DNA from: a virus
Taxonomy: Duplodnaviria > Caudoviricetes
DNA length: 45,400 bases
Reading direction: 5' to 3' (one strand)
Virus record (IMG/VR): IMGVR_UViG_3300049982_000010
Span: 1 to 45,400 of that record
Every line of letters starts with the position of its first letter. Position 1 is the stretch's first letter. The notes beneath the pieces are model-generated. The model was given only the letters and a program-made list of their open reading frames with translations. It was not told the origin of the DNA and did not search any database. Of the stretch, positions 20,254 to 28,727 are shown in pieces. Position numbers and translations under genes: made by a program.

Positions 20254-20642
20254 ACCTGTTCTCCGTTAGCATAAATACCAAGCTCACCAAGAGTATTTTG
20301 CAGCTCAGAATGCTCATCCAAGAGACTAGTATCTCCGTACCCTGTCACTCCGGCAAGCTCTTGAAGACGTCTAGCTTCTACACTGTCTTCATTAGATACA
20401 TAAGGTGCATCTTCTAAATCAGATCTCTCCGAGGAGGTCGTCGCCCGGAGAACTTGATACGCCTGTAGATCTCCTGACATTAGTCTGTTTAGTAGGTCTT
20501 TGTTTTGATCCGCTTGAGTTTGAATTAGATTCTGTAGGAATAACTGATTTGTTTTCCTCTCGCGTCTGTGGCTCAGCGACTGGTACAGGCACACTAATAG
20601 GAGCACGCATAACACCAGCCCGACTAAGAGATCCCATCGCAT
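20250..20642 (-). CDS. protein with N-terminal TM segment
   Basis: Stop overlaps the portal start; hydrophobic N-terminus. Confidence 0.6.
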   Translation of the reverse strand: MRWDLLVGLVLCVLLLVCLYQSLSHRRERKTNQLFLQNLIQTQADQNKDLLNRLMSGDLQAYQVLRATTSSERSDLEDAPYVSNEDSVEARRLQELAGVTGYGDTSLLDEHSELQNTLGELGIYANGEQV

Positions 20643-20961
20643 CTGTTAATTCCTTATTAGCTTCAGAAAGAGTAGCAACTTTTTGATTAGCTTCTTCAAG
20701 AGCCCAACGGTACTTCTCAGTTTGCTCTTTAGTTAGAACTCCAAGTTGATTCATAATTTCCTTAAAGCAGCCTTCAACACAGATAAAAGCTTCTCCAAGG
20801 AACTCAATATCAAATCCCATGTCGATAAATGTTAACGGCTGTGTGGGGTCGCCACTGGAGTACCGGCCACATCCGCAGCATTTATGCGGTGGATTTTGCA
20901 AGGGTTCCGATAGTACTGTAAATTTTCCTAACATCTTATAATCTAATTCTTCAAGCATCAA
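20419..20961 (-). CDS. hypothetical protein with Cys motifs
   Basis: CCGC and CVEGC; 3' part overlaps the next gene. Confidence 0.6.
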   Translation of the reverse strand: MMLEELDYKMLGKFTVLSEPLQNPPHKCCGCGRYSSGDPTQPLTFIDMGFDIEFLGEAFICVEGCFKEIMNQLGVLTKEQTEKYRWALEEANQKVATLSEANKELTDAMGSLSRAGVMRAPISVPVPVAEPQTREENKSVIPTESNSNSSGSKQRPTKQTNVRRSTGVSSSPGDDLLGEI

Positions 20962-21404
20962 ATGTGTCCATATCTTTTACCTCGCTTAATGCGAGAGATA
21001 GTTGCTTGGGAAACTCCATACTCTATGCCCAAACTTTTTTGTTGTCTACCTTTCCTAAGTTTATCTAAAATATCTATTACTTGACTGTCTGTTAATTTAG
21101 CCTGAGACCAGCCTCCGTTGTCTAAGCCCTTAGCAGGGGTTCTTATATTCTTATAGTTATAGTCATCTACATTTTCTTGTTGAGTTCCCTCGAATAGATG
21201 AATTAATTCATGGCAAGCTTTATTGTCGCATTTATGAAGTAAGTAGTAACCTTCCCTAATCGTACCATTTACCTTAGTCCATTCCCATCGATGACGTAAC
21301 CACATCCTCCCATTAACACGAATAGTCCCATATCCTCGACTATTGACTGCCTTAGAATTCTCACAAGGTTTTTCTTTCCAGCTATCATCATAAAGAATCG
21401 TCAT
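20958..21404 (-). CDS. HNH homing endonuclease with C-terminal HTH
   Basis: GYGTI..HRW...HKCDNKAC..HLFEGT..EN; AKLT...YGVSQATISRI. Confidence 0.9.
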   Translation of the reverse strand: MTILYDDSWKEKPCENSKAVNSRGYGTIRVNGRMWLRHRWEWTKVNGTIREGYYLLHKCDNKACHELIHLFEGTQQENVDDYNYKNIRTPAKGLDNGGWSQAKLTDSQVIDILDKLRKGRQQKSLGIEYGVSQATISRIKRGKRYGHI

Positions 21405-21410
21405 ATCTAT

Positions 21411-21439
21411 ATACTATCACAGTCCACCTAGCGTGTCAT
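21411..21439 (-). promoter_or_regulatory. promoter for a probable leaderless HNH transcript
   Basis: ATGACA-17 nt-TAGTAT on the minus strand; -10 ends 6 nt before ATG 21404; no RBS. Confidence 0.5.
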
Positions 21440-21444
21440 CATCC

Positions 21445-22974
21445 TTAAACGCCGCCTAGGTGCTCATCGATGATTGTCCACTCAGTAGACTGTGGACCTC
21501 TCTTAAGATTCTCGTCAATATAAAAACCACTAGCTACGGGAGTTACTGGCGCTAGTGCCTGTCGAACTATTTCTTTAGCTGTTAACTCTGTAGTCTTCAA
21601 CTTACCCATCGGAGGAATATAGAGATCCGGGAGAAGGCTGAAAAAATACCGAGCACTGTCTGGTGCGTGGTCATCCTTCTTGTGTACTTCTTCGCGTACG
21701 TTATTATCGTGTCGCTTCTTAGCTGAGTCGAAAGTCTTCCATCTAACCCGTTGAAGTTCTCTAATTAAATTATAACAGTTCTGAGAAATTATCCATTTTC
21801 TCTGCTCCAAGTATTTATTCATTTTATTGACGCCAATTTTGACGTCATTATTACCTAAAATAATGGGAATGCCCTGTTGAATATACGCTATTCTGATAGA
21901 GTCTCCGGTTTGACCGTTTCTTTGCTCAATAGCAGGGTCGCCGACATAAATTGCAGGTGCATGTCTTCCCGGTTCTGCATGTCGCTTACGGATTTCCTCG
22001 GCGTAATATTCAACAATTTTTTCACGATCGTAAAGCTCATCATAAGTAATAACCGTACCCGTCGGAGAAACAGCGTGCCACAACCAAGCAGTAGGATTAT
22101 TAAACCCGTGATCCATACTGGCATAGTGTGTCCACTCACTGATTCTATCCAAATCAATTAATGAATGATTGATGGTGTTTAATTCATACTTAAACTTACC
22201 AAAAACTAGTCCGCCAATTTGGACGAACTGACCTTGCTTTCGAGCTTTACGACTATCGTCATCTAATCCTGAGAAGACTTCTTCCATTTCTGCTGTAGAG
22301 ATATAAGGATTCTCGGCAGTATCAATCGTAATAATTTGATAATTACTACCGGGAGTTAATCCAGGAAGATAGATCTCATCATAGACCCATGTCATACCTT
22401 CTACAGGAGTCATAGTAATATACCAAGGACCACCTGTGTCAAGAAGACGAAGCCTACACTCATCAAAAATTGACTTAGGAGGTTCTTCATCAAAATGTAC
22501 GAAGTGTCGACTAGTTCCTGCGAATGTATCTAATTTCTGATCATAAGACATAAACTCGCAAGTGCTACCATTACTTAATGTGAGAGTTCTCTCCTGTTTA
22601 GCATACGAATCTTCCCAGGATCCATTAAGTAAGTCACTTGGTGGAATCCACCTAGCAAACTCTGGTAACATAACTTTCTTAACACCTTCAGCAAAGGAAG
22701 TAGTAACTACTCGACCTTTTACAGGTGCTGGAGGAACTTTTACAAGCGGGTGTTCACCTCTCAATCTATAAATGTCCTCAACAGTCCCCCCTACCGTCTT
22801 ACCGGACCTGTTGCCCCCGATATAGAGTCTCCCCCGTGCTTTGGAGCTATGAAATTCTACTTGCTTGGCATGAGGCACGTATTGAAATATAGATGGCCTA
22901 GAGACAGCTCTAGTGAAAGTCTCTTTGAAGAGACCTGAAATTTCACCTAGAGAGATAGGCTTCTTATTAATCAT
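21445..22974 (-). CDS. terL: terminase large subunit
   Basis: Walker A GGNRSGKT, Walker B HFDEE, TMTP, nuclease DHG and DDHAPDSARY. Confidence 0.95.
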   Translation of the reverse strand: MINKKPISLGEISGLFKETFTRAVSRPSIFQYVPHAKQVEFHSSKARGRLYIGGNRSGKTVGGTVEDIYRLRGEHPLVKVPPAPVKGRVVTTSFAEGVKKVMLPEFARWIPPSDLLNGSWEDSYAKQERTLTLSNGSTCEFMSYDQKLDTFAGTSRHFVHFDEEPPKSIFDECRLRLLDTGGPWYITMTPVEGMTWVYDEIYLPGLTPGSNYQIITIDTAENPYISTAEMEEVFSGLDDDSRKARKQGQFVQIGGLVFGKFKYELNTINHSLIDLDRISEWTHYASMDHGFNNPTAWLWHAVSPTGTVITYDELYDREKIVEYYAEEIRKRHAEPGRHAPAIYVGDPAIEQRNGQTGDSIRIAYIQQGIPIILGNNDVKIGVNKMNKYLEQRKWIISQNCYNLIRELQRVRWKTFDSAKKRHDNNVREEVHKKDDHAPDSARYFFSLLPDLYIPPMGKLKTTELTAKEIVRQALAPVTPVASGFYIDENLKRGPQSTEWTIIDEHLGGV

Positions 22975-23207
22975 GCTTTGTCAACAGTAATAGTATAATC
23001 ACCGCTCTTGTCTGCGATATCATTACCAATAGAAGAACCAACTTTAGTAATATAAATTTTAAAATCTACCTCTAGACCACCAGCTAAGGAAGCATGTCCT
23101 TCCAACAGTTTAGTATAAATGTCAGAACCACCACTATTTGCACTAGTTGCAGTTTGAACTGTTGAGTAGCCAGTTGAAGCAGGAGTAATAGTTAATTCTG
23201 TAGACAC
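22971..23207 (-). CDS. hypothetical protein
   Basis: Coupled ORF. Confidence 0.6.
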   Translation of the reverse strand: MSTELTITPASTGYSTVQTATSANSGGSDIYTKLLEGHASLAGGLEVDFKIYITKVGSSIGNDIADKSGDYTITVDKA

Positions 23208-23548
23208 TAGACTCTCCCATCTGTAAAATCAATTACAGTTTTAAGCATAGCTACGATACTGTCTTCAGAACCTACTGTATTTTTAGTTCCGCTAATAGCT
23301 AGACCTAAACCTTTACCGATAAGTCTAGTACTAAGTCCGTCATGAATATGATCCCCAGCAGCTGCCTGATTATGTCCAATTCCTAAAGTGTGATGTTGTG
23401 CTCCAGTACTGGAATCTAAATCTGATCTATTGTGAAATCCATTAACTGTACCGGGAGACGGAGAATCATTACCTTTTTCATTTTTGATTCCCCCAAAAGG
23501 ATCTCCCTGAATAACGGGGTCTACAGGGGAGTTATCTGCTGAAGTCAT
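23207..23548 (-). CDS. hypothetical virion-associated protein
   Basis: HHTLG.G.NQAAAGDHIH motif, similar to actinophage fibre repeats. Confidence 0.6.
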   Translation of the reverse strand: MTSADNSPVDPVIQGDPFGGIKNEKGNDSPSPGTVNGFHNRSDLDSSTGAQHHTLGIGHNQAAAGDHIHDGLSTRLIGKGLGLAISGTKNTVGSEDSIVAMLKTVIDFTDGRV

Positions 23549-23637
23549 AGAGTTCTTCTCTCTTTATCGCAGTTAATTCCCGACCGCACTTGTGACAGCG
23601 AATAGTAAAAATATCTAAGAGTAAATCTCTGTAAGTT

Positions 23638-24306
23638 CTAGAGATCTCCGTTAACGCCTGGCAGCACTGACTCCGCAGGAATTTGGGCGGCCGGAGTTCC
23701 ACCATTAAGGATCGTCTCGAAATCTCTTCCGATCGCCGCAAGTAATTCCGGATCTTTGATCCGCCTTTGGAGAACTTCAACCAGTTTAGTAATAACCAGT
23801 CTAATGTTTTGGTTGTTTTGATCTCCACCCTGGAACCGTCCGGTGACTTCATAATAATACTTAATTGCATTTACGTCACCCGTCTCTAATTTCCTAGCTA
23901 AACCTAACTGTGCCATATGAATTCCATCAACGAAATTCTTGGCAGAGAGTTCATGTACATATTCTTTAAACTTAGTATCTTTCATCCAAGCATTCCACTG
24001 CGTAGATGTAAGTCCTAAGTTTTTAAGTTTAGAGGTAGCTGAACGCTGATCTAAGTAATCAGTCATAGTTACAATAGCAGCAAGCTGAGCTTTGCTGAAG
24101 TCTACAGGGGGCTCCGCCACCCCATCAGAAATAATAATACCTCTAGATTCCATAGCCTTAATAAAGACCGGCTTCTCCAGCAATGCGCTGGGATTCTGCA
24201 CACCTCGCTTTCTTAATTCAAGAGGCGGAGGGAAAAATCCTTTTTTATTCCAAAATTCCTCGATAAAAGGGATGGTTAGAACTTCAGTAGGTGTCAAAGG
24301 TTCCAT
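23638..24306 (-). CDS. terminase small subunit (putative)
   Basis: First gene of the leftward operon; HTH-like region and GDVNAIKYYYEVTGRF. Confidence 0.65.
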   Translation of the reverse strand: MEPLTPTEVLTIPFIEEFWNKKGFFPPPLELRKRGVQNPSALLEKPVFIKAMESRGIIISDGVAEPPVDFSKAQLAAIVTMTDYLDQRSATSKLKNLGLTSTQWNAWMKDTKFKEYVHELSAKNFVDGIHMAQLGLARKLETGDVNAIKYYYEVTGRFQGGDQNNQNIRLVITKLVEVLQRRIKDPELLAAIGRDFETILNGGTPAAQIPAESVLPGVNGDL

Positions 24307-24339
24307 ATTATTCCTTGAAAAAGTTTATAAAATTTTGGA

Positions 24340-24369
24340 AGTATGGTACCAGTATATAATGCCGGTCAA
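24340..24369 (-). promoter_or_regulatory. leftward (late arm) promoter
   Basis: TTGACC-18 nt-CATACT on the minus strand. Confidence 0.55.
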
Positions 24370-24593
24370 GAGGTTGTACAAAAAGTGGAACAAAAAGTGG
24401 ATAAGAATCATCTCTCATTCTTCGACCGGAAAAACCCTTGCAACATGTTACGTTGGTTAATTTCTAACTACAAGCGCAGTCTGTAAAAAGCCAACTGACT
24501 GAAATTTTCTAACTAACTAATTGGTAAGTTAGAGAATCACAATATTGTGAATCGTCAACTAATATATCAGTATGTTAGTTATTAACTCCCTAT

Positions 24594-24651
24594 ATTGGTA
24601 TAAACCACCGAGAAAGTTTGGTCTAGACCAATATGAATGGTCTAGACCTTT
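24594..24651. promoter_or_regulatory. three DasR-responsive-element (dre)-like boxes
   Basis: ATTGGTATAAACCACC (24594), TTTGGTCTAGACCAAT (24617), AATGGTCTAGACCTTT (24636) versus the dre consensus A(G/C)TGGTCTAGACCA(G/C)T. Confidence 0.65.
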
Positions 24652-24688
24652 GGTACTAATTAACATTATAACGAACGTGTTAAGTCTA

Positions 24689-24788
24689 TTGCTAAGTCTA
24701 ATGCGGTGTGTCATACTTAAGAGGTAAGGCAGAGAGACAGAGAAAAAGTCAGACAGCCTTTGACTTAGCTCAAGATCTCTGATAGACT
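24689..24788 (+). promoter_or_regulatory. two tandem rightward early promoters
   Basis: TTGCTA-17-CATACT (24689-24717) and TTGACT-17-TAGACT (24760-24788). Confidence 0.6.
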
Positions 24789-24826
24789 TAAGCCAGAACG
24801 AACGCACACTAGTAGGAGATAATATT

Positions 24827-25009
24827 ATGCGTCGTCACGACAACCGCCTGGGATTTACCGCGATGTACGGACAGGCTCAGTTCATCTCTTTTTACGAGAA
24901 CATGGAAGACAAGGGCGACAAGTTGACTTCTGATGACATCGCGTTTATCGGGGGGACTCTGTTCGACATCGACAACCTGGACGAGTGCACTGGTATTATC
25001 CTGCACTAA
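24827..25009 (+). CDS. small early protein
   Basis: AGGAG RBS; C/G-ending codon bias. Confidence 0.75.
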   Translation: MRRHDNRLGFTAMYGQAQFISFYENMEDKGDKLTSDDIAFIGGTLFDIDNLDECTGIILH

Positions 25010-25107
25010 TCTTAACTAGTTCTCTGGGCGGCTGGATTTAGTCCTACACGTGTCATAGCGTAGCCGTTCACGTAATGAATGCTGCCCAATAGTAGGAGAT
25101 AATAATA

Positions 25108-25347
25108 ATGCAGGGCAATTTGCAGTTCAACAACATTGAAGGTATCGAGTTCGAACGCATTAAGTTGGCGGACAACTCTGCAATCTACGAAATCAAGTTC
25201 ATGGACCAGAATGTTTCAGTAGTTATAGTCCTAAATCACGAACAATTCCAGGTTTTGTACAGATTGTTGCTCAATTACCAGACTGGAATGCCCGGATACT
25301 CGGGAATGTTGGACAAAAATCGTTATCTTTATACCAAGTTGGATTAA
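25108..25347 (+). CDS. small early protein
   Basis: Same TAGTAGGAGATAATA leader as the 24827 gene. Confidence 0.7.
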   Translation: MQGNLQFNNIEGIEFERIKLADNSAIYEIKFMDQNVSVVIVLNHEQFQVLYRLLLNYQTGMPGYSGMLDKNRYLYTKLD

Positions 25348-25680
25348 GACTAGCATTAAGACTAGCAATATACTTAGCATATTATTAGCCGAATCCGGCT
25401 GATTCATGATCAACTAGACCGCTGAAACCGAGTGCAAGGTCTACAGGGGCGCTAGAAGCTGCATTGCTGCTCCTGTAGTCATGCGTAGGCTTGAGCAAAA
25501 GGCGCTCAGGTCCAATCACACCAATCCTTGCAACGGACTAGTGCAAAGTTAAATGGGAGACCCCTGTTCATATAGTTATAGGCAGGCGCGAATCATAAAA
25601 TTTACATGATCAACCTACCATGGACTATAACGTTCCTTATATAGTCCAATAGGTTAAGTGGCACTACATACATATAGGCC

Positions 25681-25962
25681 CTGACCTGGCCTTTTAACAA
25701 ATGATCTTTGGTACACCTATTTTCGCAGGTCAGAGAGGGTGTGAACCTCTGTGATACCACACCCTGTGATAAATAACCTTCTGACCAGGCATACTGAACG
25801 GTATGAACTATCACAAGTTAGGCCATCCTTACTATCAGGCATAACGGTCAAACCGGACAAAATTACTTAACTTTACTTCTTTCCTATCTCTGAACACCCC
25901 TGACCTGGGCTTCTTAGGTATCACATACTTTCCACCTTCTGTATCGGCTCTGACCTGGGCTT
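25681..25962. repeat. cluster of five CTGACC(T/A)G repeats
   Basis: At 25681, 25725 (inverted), 25781, 25900 and 25950; the last two are CTGACCTGGGCTT. Confidence 0.75.
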
Positions 25963-26090
25963 ATAGCCCTCAGTTACCGAGATAAACTTACGGTGTCGAT
26001 CTTGCCTATTATACTTTCACACAATTACATATCTCACCCTAAGTAGTTCGATCTACACTCAAAGTAGTTATTTTCCCTAAGTCAAATCGC

Positions 26091-26119
26091 TTGCGGATAG
26101 AACAAGGGCATGATAGGCT
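26091..26119 (+). promoter_or_regulatory. SigA-type promoter
   Basis: TTGCGG-17-TAGGCT with extended TG. Confidence 0.55.
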
Positions 26120-26182
26120 CTAAACTATAAGGTCCAAGGCTCTAAAAGCTTAAGACAAACCCAGTAATTAAGGATGATACAA

Positions 26183-26992
26183 GTGACTAGTACCGAAGTT
26201 GCACGTGAAGGTGTTTATCAGGGTCCTGACGAGACTTCCGCGGGAATTCTCAAGACTCTTGAGGAGCACGCTAGGGCTTACACTTCTCTGAAGTCTAAGT
26301 TGGCTGCTGCTGATGGAGATCGTGAGGCTGCGCTTCAGGATTACGTAGAGAATTCTGACGACAAGCAGGCCGTTCAGATTCGAGAGCGCATTAAGAAGGC
26401 TACCGAACAGCTTCGTGAGCTTGCGGACAAGAATGTTCACGAGGTTGAACTCTCGGAAGACGAGCGCAACAAGATTAAGGTTGAGCTTGAAGCTCACGAA
26501 GAGAAGATTAACGGCAGTATCTCTGCTGCTAAAAAGGTGGCCGGACTTCTCGAAATTGACAATGAGGGAGTTCTTGCAGCAATCGAGACTATTGGTAACC
26601 CGACTAAGGGTACTCGCGGTCGGCCTAAGGGTAGTGCTGGTAGTTCTGTTCCGCGTGCCAGTGTTAACATTAAGGTGAATGGCGGACAGTTCACTAATCA
26701 GGACTTCCAGACTTTTAGTGCAATGGCTATGGCACTAAAGTGTGACGTTAAGCCTATCGTCGAAGAGTTTGCTAACGCTGCTGGTGTCGAGTACATGGAA
26801 GTTGCTTCGGTTGACACTCCGCAGAGTTTCAAATTCCAGGCGAAGGAAGATGGTCCTAAGTATGACGTGACTACTACTCCCAAACAGCGTAAGTCTCGTA
26901 ATACTGGCAACGTTGTTGCTACTAGTGAGGGTCCGAGTGAAGCTCCGGACTTCTCAGATGGTGAAGTTGTGGAAGCTGAAGGTTCCGAGTGA
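26183..26992 (+). CDS. early coiled-coil protein with AT-hook-like RGRP motif
   Basis: AAGGA RBS before GTG 26183; GTRGRPKG; acidic tail. Confidence 0.8.
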   Translation: MTSTEVAREGVYQGPDETSAGILKTLEEHARAYTSLKSKLAAADGDREAALQDYVENSDDKQAVQIRERIKKATEQLRELADKNVHEVELSEDERNKIKVELEAHEEKINGSISAAKKVAGLLEIDNEGVLAAIETIGNPTKGTRGRPKGSAGSSVPRASVNIKVNGGQFTNQDFQTFSAMAMALKCDVKPIVEEFANAAGVEYMEVASVDTPQSFKFQAKEDGPKYDVTTTPKQRKSRNTGNVVATSEGPSEAPDFSDGEVVEAEGSE

Positions 26993-27104
26993 ACTAGTTG
27001 TTCTAGGGTGACGCTCTTTCCTGTAGACTTGAATGACATAAACTCTGCACGGCAAAGAGCATCGCTCAGGATTACTAGCTCTCCAATAATAAGATGGAGT
27101 AATA

Positions 27105-27305
27105 ATGAGCTCAGTAACTGAACGCATGTCGTATGAGGAATTGAATGGTACTCTCAAAGCTTGGGGTGCTGACGACACTACTCTGTACACCATTCACTCA
27201 TACTTGAATTCCAAAGGTTATTGTAGTATCTCATTTGGTGAAGTGAATTGTATAGTCGAGCGCACTAGTCCTACATCCGGATTCTACTACCTGACTCTGG
27301 AGTAG
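27105..27305 (+). CDS. hypothetical protein
   Basis: GGAG RBS. Confidence 0.65.
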   Translation: MSSVTERMSYEELNGTLKAWGADDTTLYTIHSYLNSKGYCSISFGEVNCIVERTSPTSGFYYLTLE

Positions 27306-27309
27306 TACA

Positions 27310-27504
27310 GTGAGAGCTAATAAAGATGGAGACTGGGTAAGAGTTAGATACCGTGACGTATTCGGTTGGGCTGATGAACTCTCTTTGAGAGACATCCACG
27401 GTATTGTAGTAAGACCTACACCAATTCGCCGTGAGATCTTTGTACGATGGGATAGTAATTATCCTGCAGGTTATATCAACGTACGTAATGTTATTCGAGT
27501 CTGA
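27310..27504 (+). CDS. hypothetical protein
   Basis: GGAG RBS, GTG start. Confidence 0.6.
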   Translation: MRANKDGDWVRVRYRDVFGWADELSLRDIHGIVVRPTPIRREIFVRWDSNYPAGYINVRNVIRV

Positions 27505-27521
27505 TCTCCCCTGTAGACCCC

Positions 27522-27550
27522 TTGCGTATTTAGTTCTGATCTGGTATAAT
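27522..27550 (+). promoter_or_regulatory. SigA-type promoter with a repeat-motif copy just upstream (27508-27519)
   Basis: TTGCGT-17-TATAAT. Confidence 0.65.
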
Positions 27551-27608
27551 CTGGACAGTGCATAGCTTCCGAATGGAATTAAGCCACACATAATAGAAAG
27601 TTAATAAG

Positions 27609-27824
27609 ATGGCTAAGCTCAAGTGTAAAGCACATAATCGTCGAGTTCACGTTTTGAAAGACGGACAGGGAACACTTACTGTTCACCGTGAAGACGGTAG
27701 TAAGTGCGTAGTTAATCCAGTAGTATACATCATGGGTCAAGCTTATTTGCCCATTCAGGTAGCTGAGTGGGATGGTCCTGATTACCATCAGGATACTATC
27801 AATTACTTACCTCGCAATCGATAA
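27609..27824 (+). CDS. hypothetical protein
   Basis: First ORF after the promoter; CxxH...H...C. Confidence 0.6.
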   Translation: MAKLKCKAHNRRVHVLKDGQGTLTVHREDGSKCVVNPVVYIMGQAYLPIQVAEWDGPDYHQDTINYLPRNR

Positions 27825-27825
27825 G

Positions 27826-28089
27826 ATGGCTACCCAAAAGCTTGACACAGAGTTGGATGTCTGTCGCAAGTGTCTGCACTTCTCCCAACGAGATCTCTAT
27901 CGGGCTAGGTTTAAGCCTAATGATTATTACAACAAAGTATATTTTGAGACAGCTGATGATCTATTCTTTGAAGTTGTAGTAATTAGACTTCTCGATAAAG
28001 TTAAGTATTGGCGTATACGTTATAATGCTGCCTGTGCAGTTGAACAAACTCGTGAAGATGAGCGTTACTTCAATTGGATTGAAGACTAA
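27826..28089 (+). CDS. hypothetical protein
   Basis: Probable start MATQK just after the upstream stop. Confidence 0.55.
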   Translation: MATQKLDTELDVCRKCLHFSQRDLYRARFKPNDYYNKVYFETADDLFFEVVVIRLLDKVKYWRIRYNAACAVEQTREDERYFNWIED

Positions 28090-28292
28090 TGACTGAAGAG
28101 TATACCTCTAAGTTCTTTGAGAAGGCTGCTAAGTCTTTGCTCTGGCGTTCGGCTGAATATCTCGTATCAGCTAATGCCTATTCAGAGAATCCAATCTATA
28201 GAGATCTATGTAGACGGCTAGCTTTCCAGGAAGCACAGGATGCAACTAAAGCTTTCGCCGTAGCACGTTCTTATCGATTGCGAGGTAAGTAA
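28089..28292 (+). CDS. hypothetical protein
   Basis: TAATG coupling. Confidence 0.6.
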   Translation: MTEEYTSKFFEKAAKSLLWRSAEYLVSANAYSENPIYRDLCRRLAFQEAQDATKAFAVARSYRLRGK

Positions 28293-28520
28293 TTGACTGT
28301 ACCTAAGTCTAATAAAAGAAAGCGAGAACAAGCACAGAACGCTAAGAAACAACGTAGGCATAATCTATCCATTAGAGTAATAGTAAAAGGTAACTGGTTT
28401 GCTCCTGGTAAGCATGTAAAACACGGGACTAACAGAGCATACAATCATTACGGATGTCGCTGCGCTCAGTGCTGTGATAATATGAGTCGTTACATGAAGA
28501 AGTATTATTGGAGATCTTAG
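28293..28520 (+). CDS. small basic Zn-binding protein
   Basis: HGT..AY..YGCRC..C motif, common in actinophage proteins. Confidence 0.65.
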   Translation: MTVPKSNKRKREQAQNAKKQRRHNLSIRVIVKGNWFAPGKHVKHGTNRAYNHYGCRCAQCCDNMSRYMKKYYWRS

Positions 28521-28547
28521 GTATTAAAAGATTGAATCGAGTGGAAA

Positions 28548-28727
28548 ATGTGGCACGATGGAGCTTCTACAGCAAAGCAATGGAGAGATAACTCTAAACA
28601 TCAACACCTAGTATTTGAGAGACTGCTAGCTCGCGAACATTTTGGAGCAGCAATTCTAGCTCTCACTAACTCAATGCAAAGTTTAGAAAAAGCCATTACA
28701 TTAGAGGAAACTAGTACAAATGGCTAA
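28548..28727 (+). CDS. hypothetical protein (59 aa, below the ORF-track cutoff)
   Basis: MWHDGASTAKQWRDNS...STNG*; fills the gap in the operon. Confidence 0.5.
   Translation: MWHDGASTAKQWRDNSKHQHLVFERLLAREHFGAAILALTNSMQSLEKAITLEETSTNG

Noticed and set aside
23532-23870. 112-aa ORF overlapping terS
   Set aside because: Mostly overlaps terS; only the 3' CHKC part looks genic and it lacks a canonical start, so it cannot be supported.
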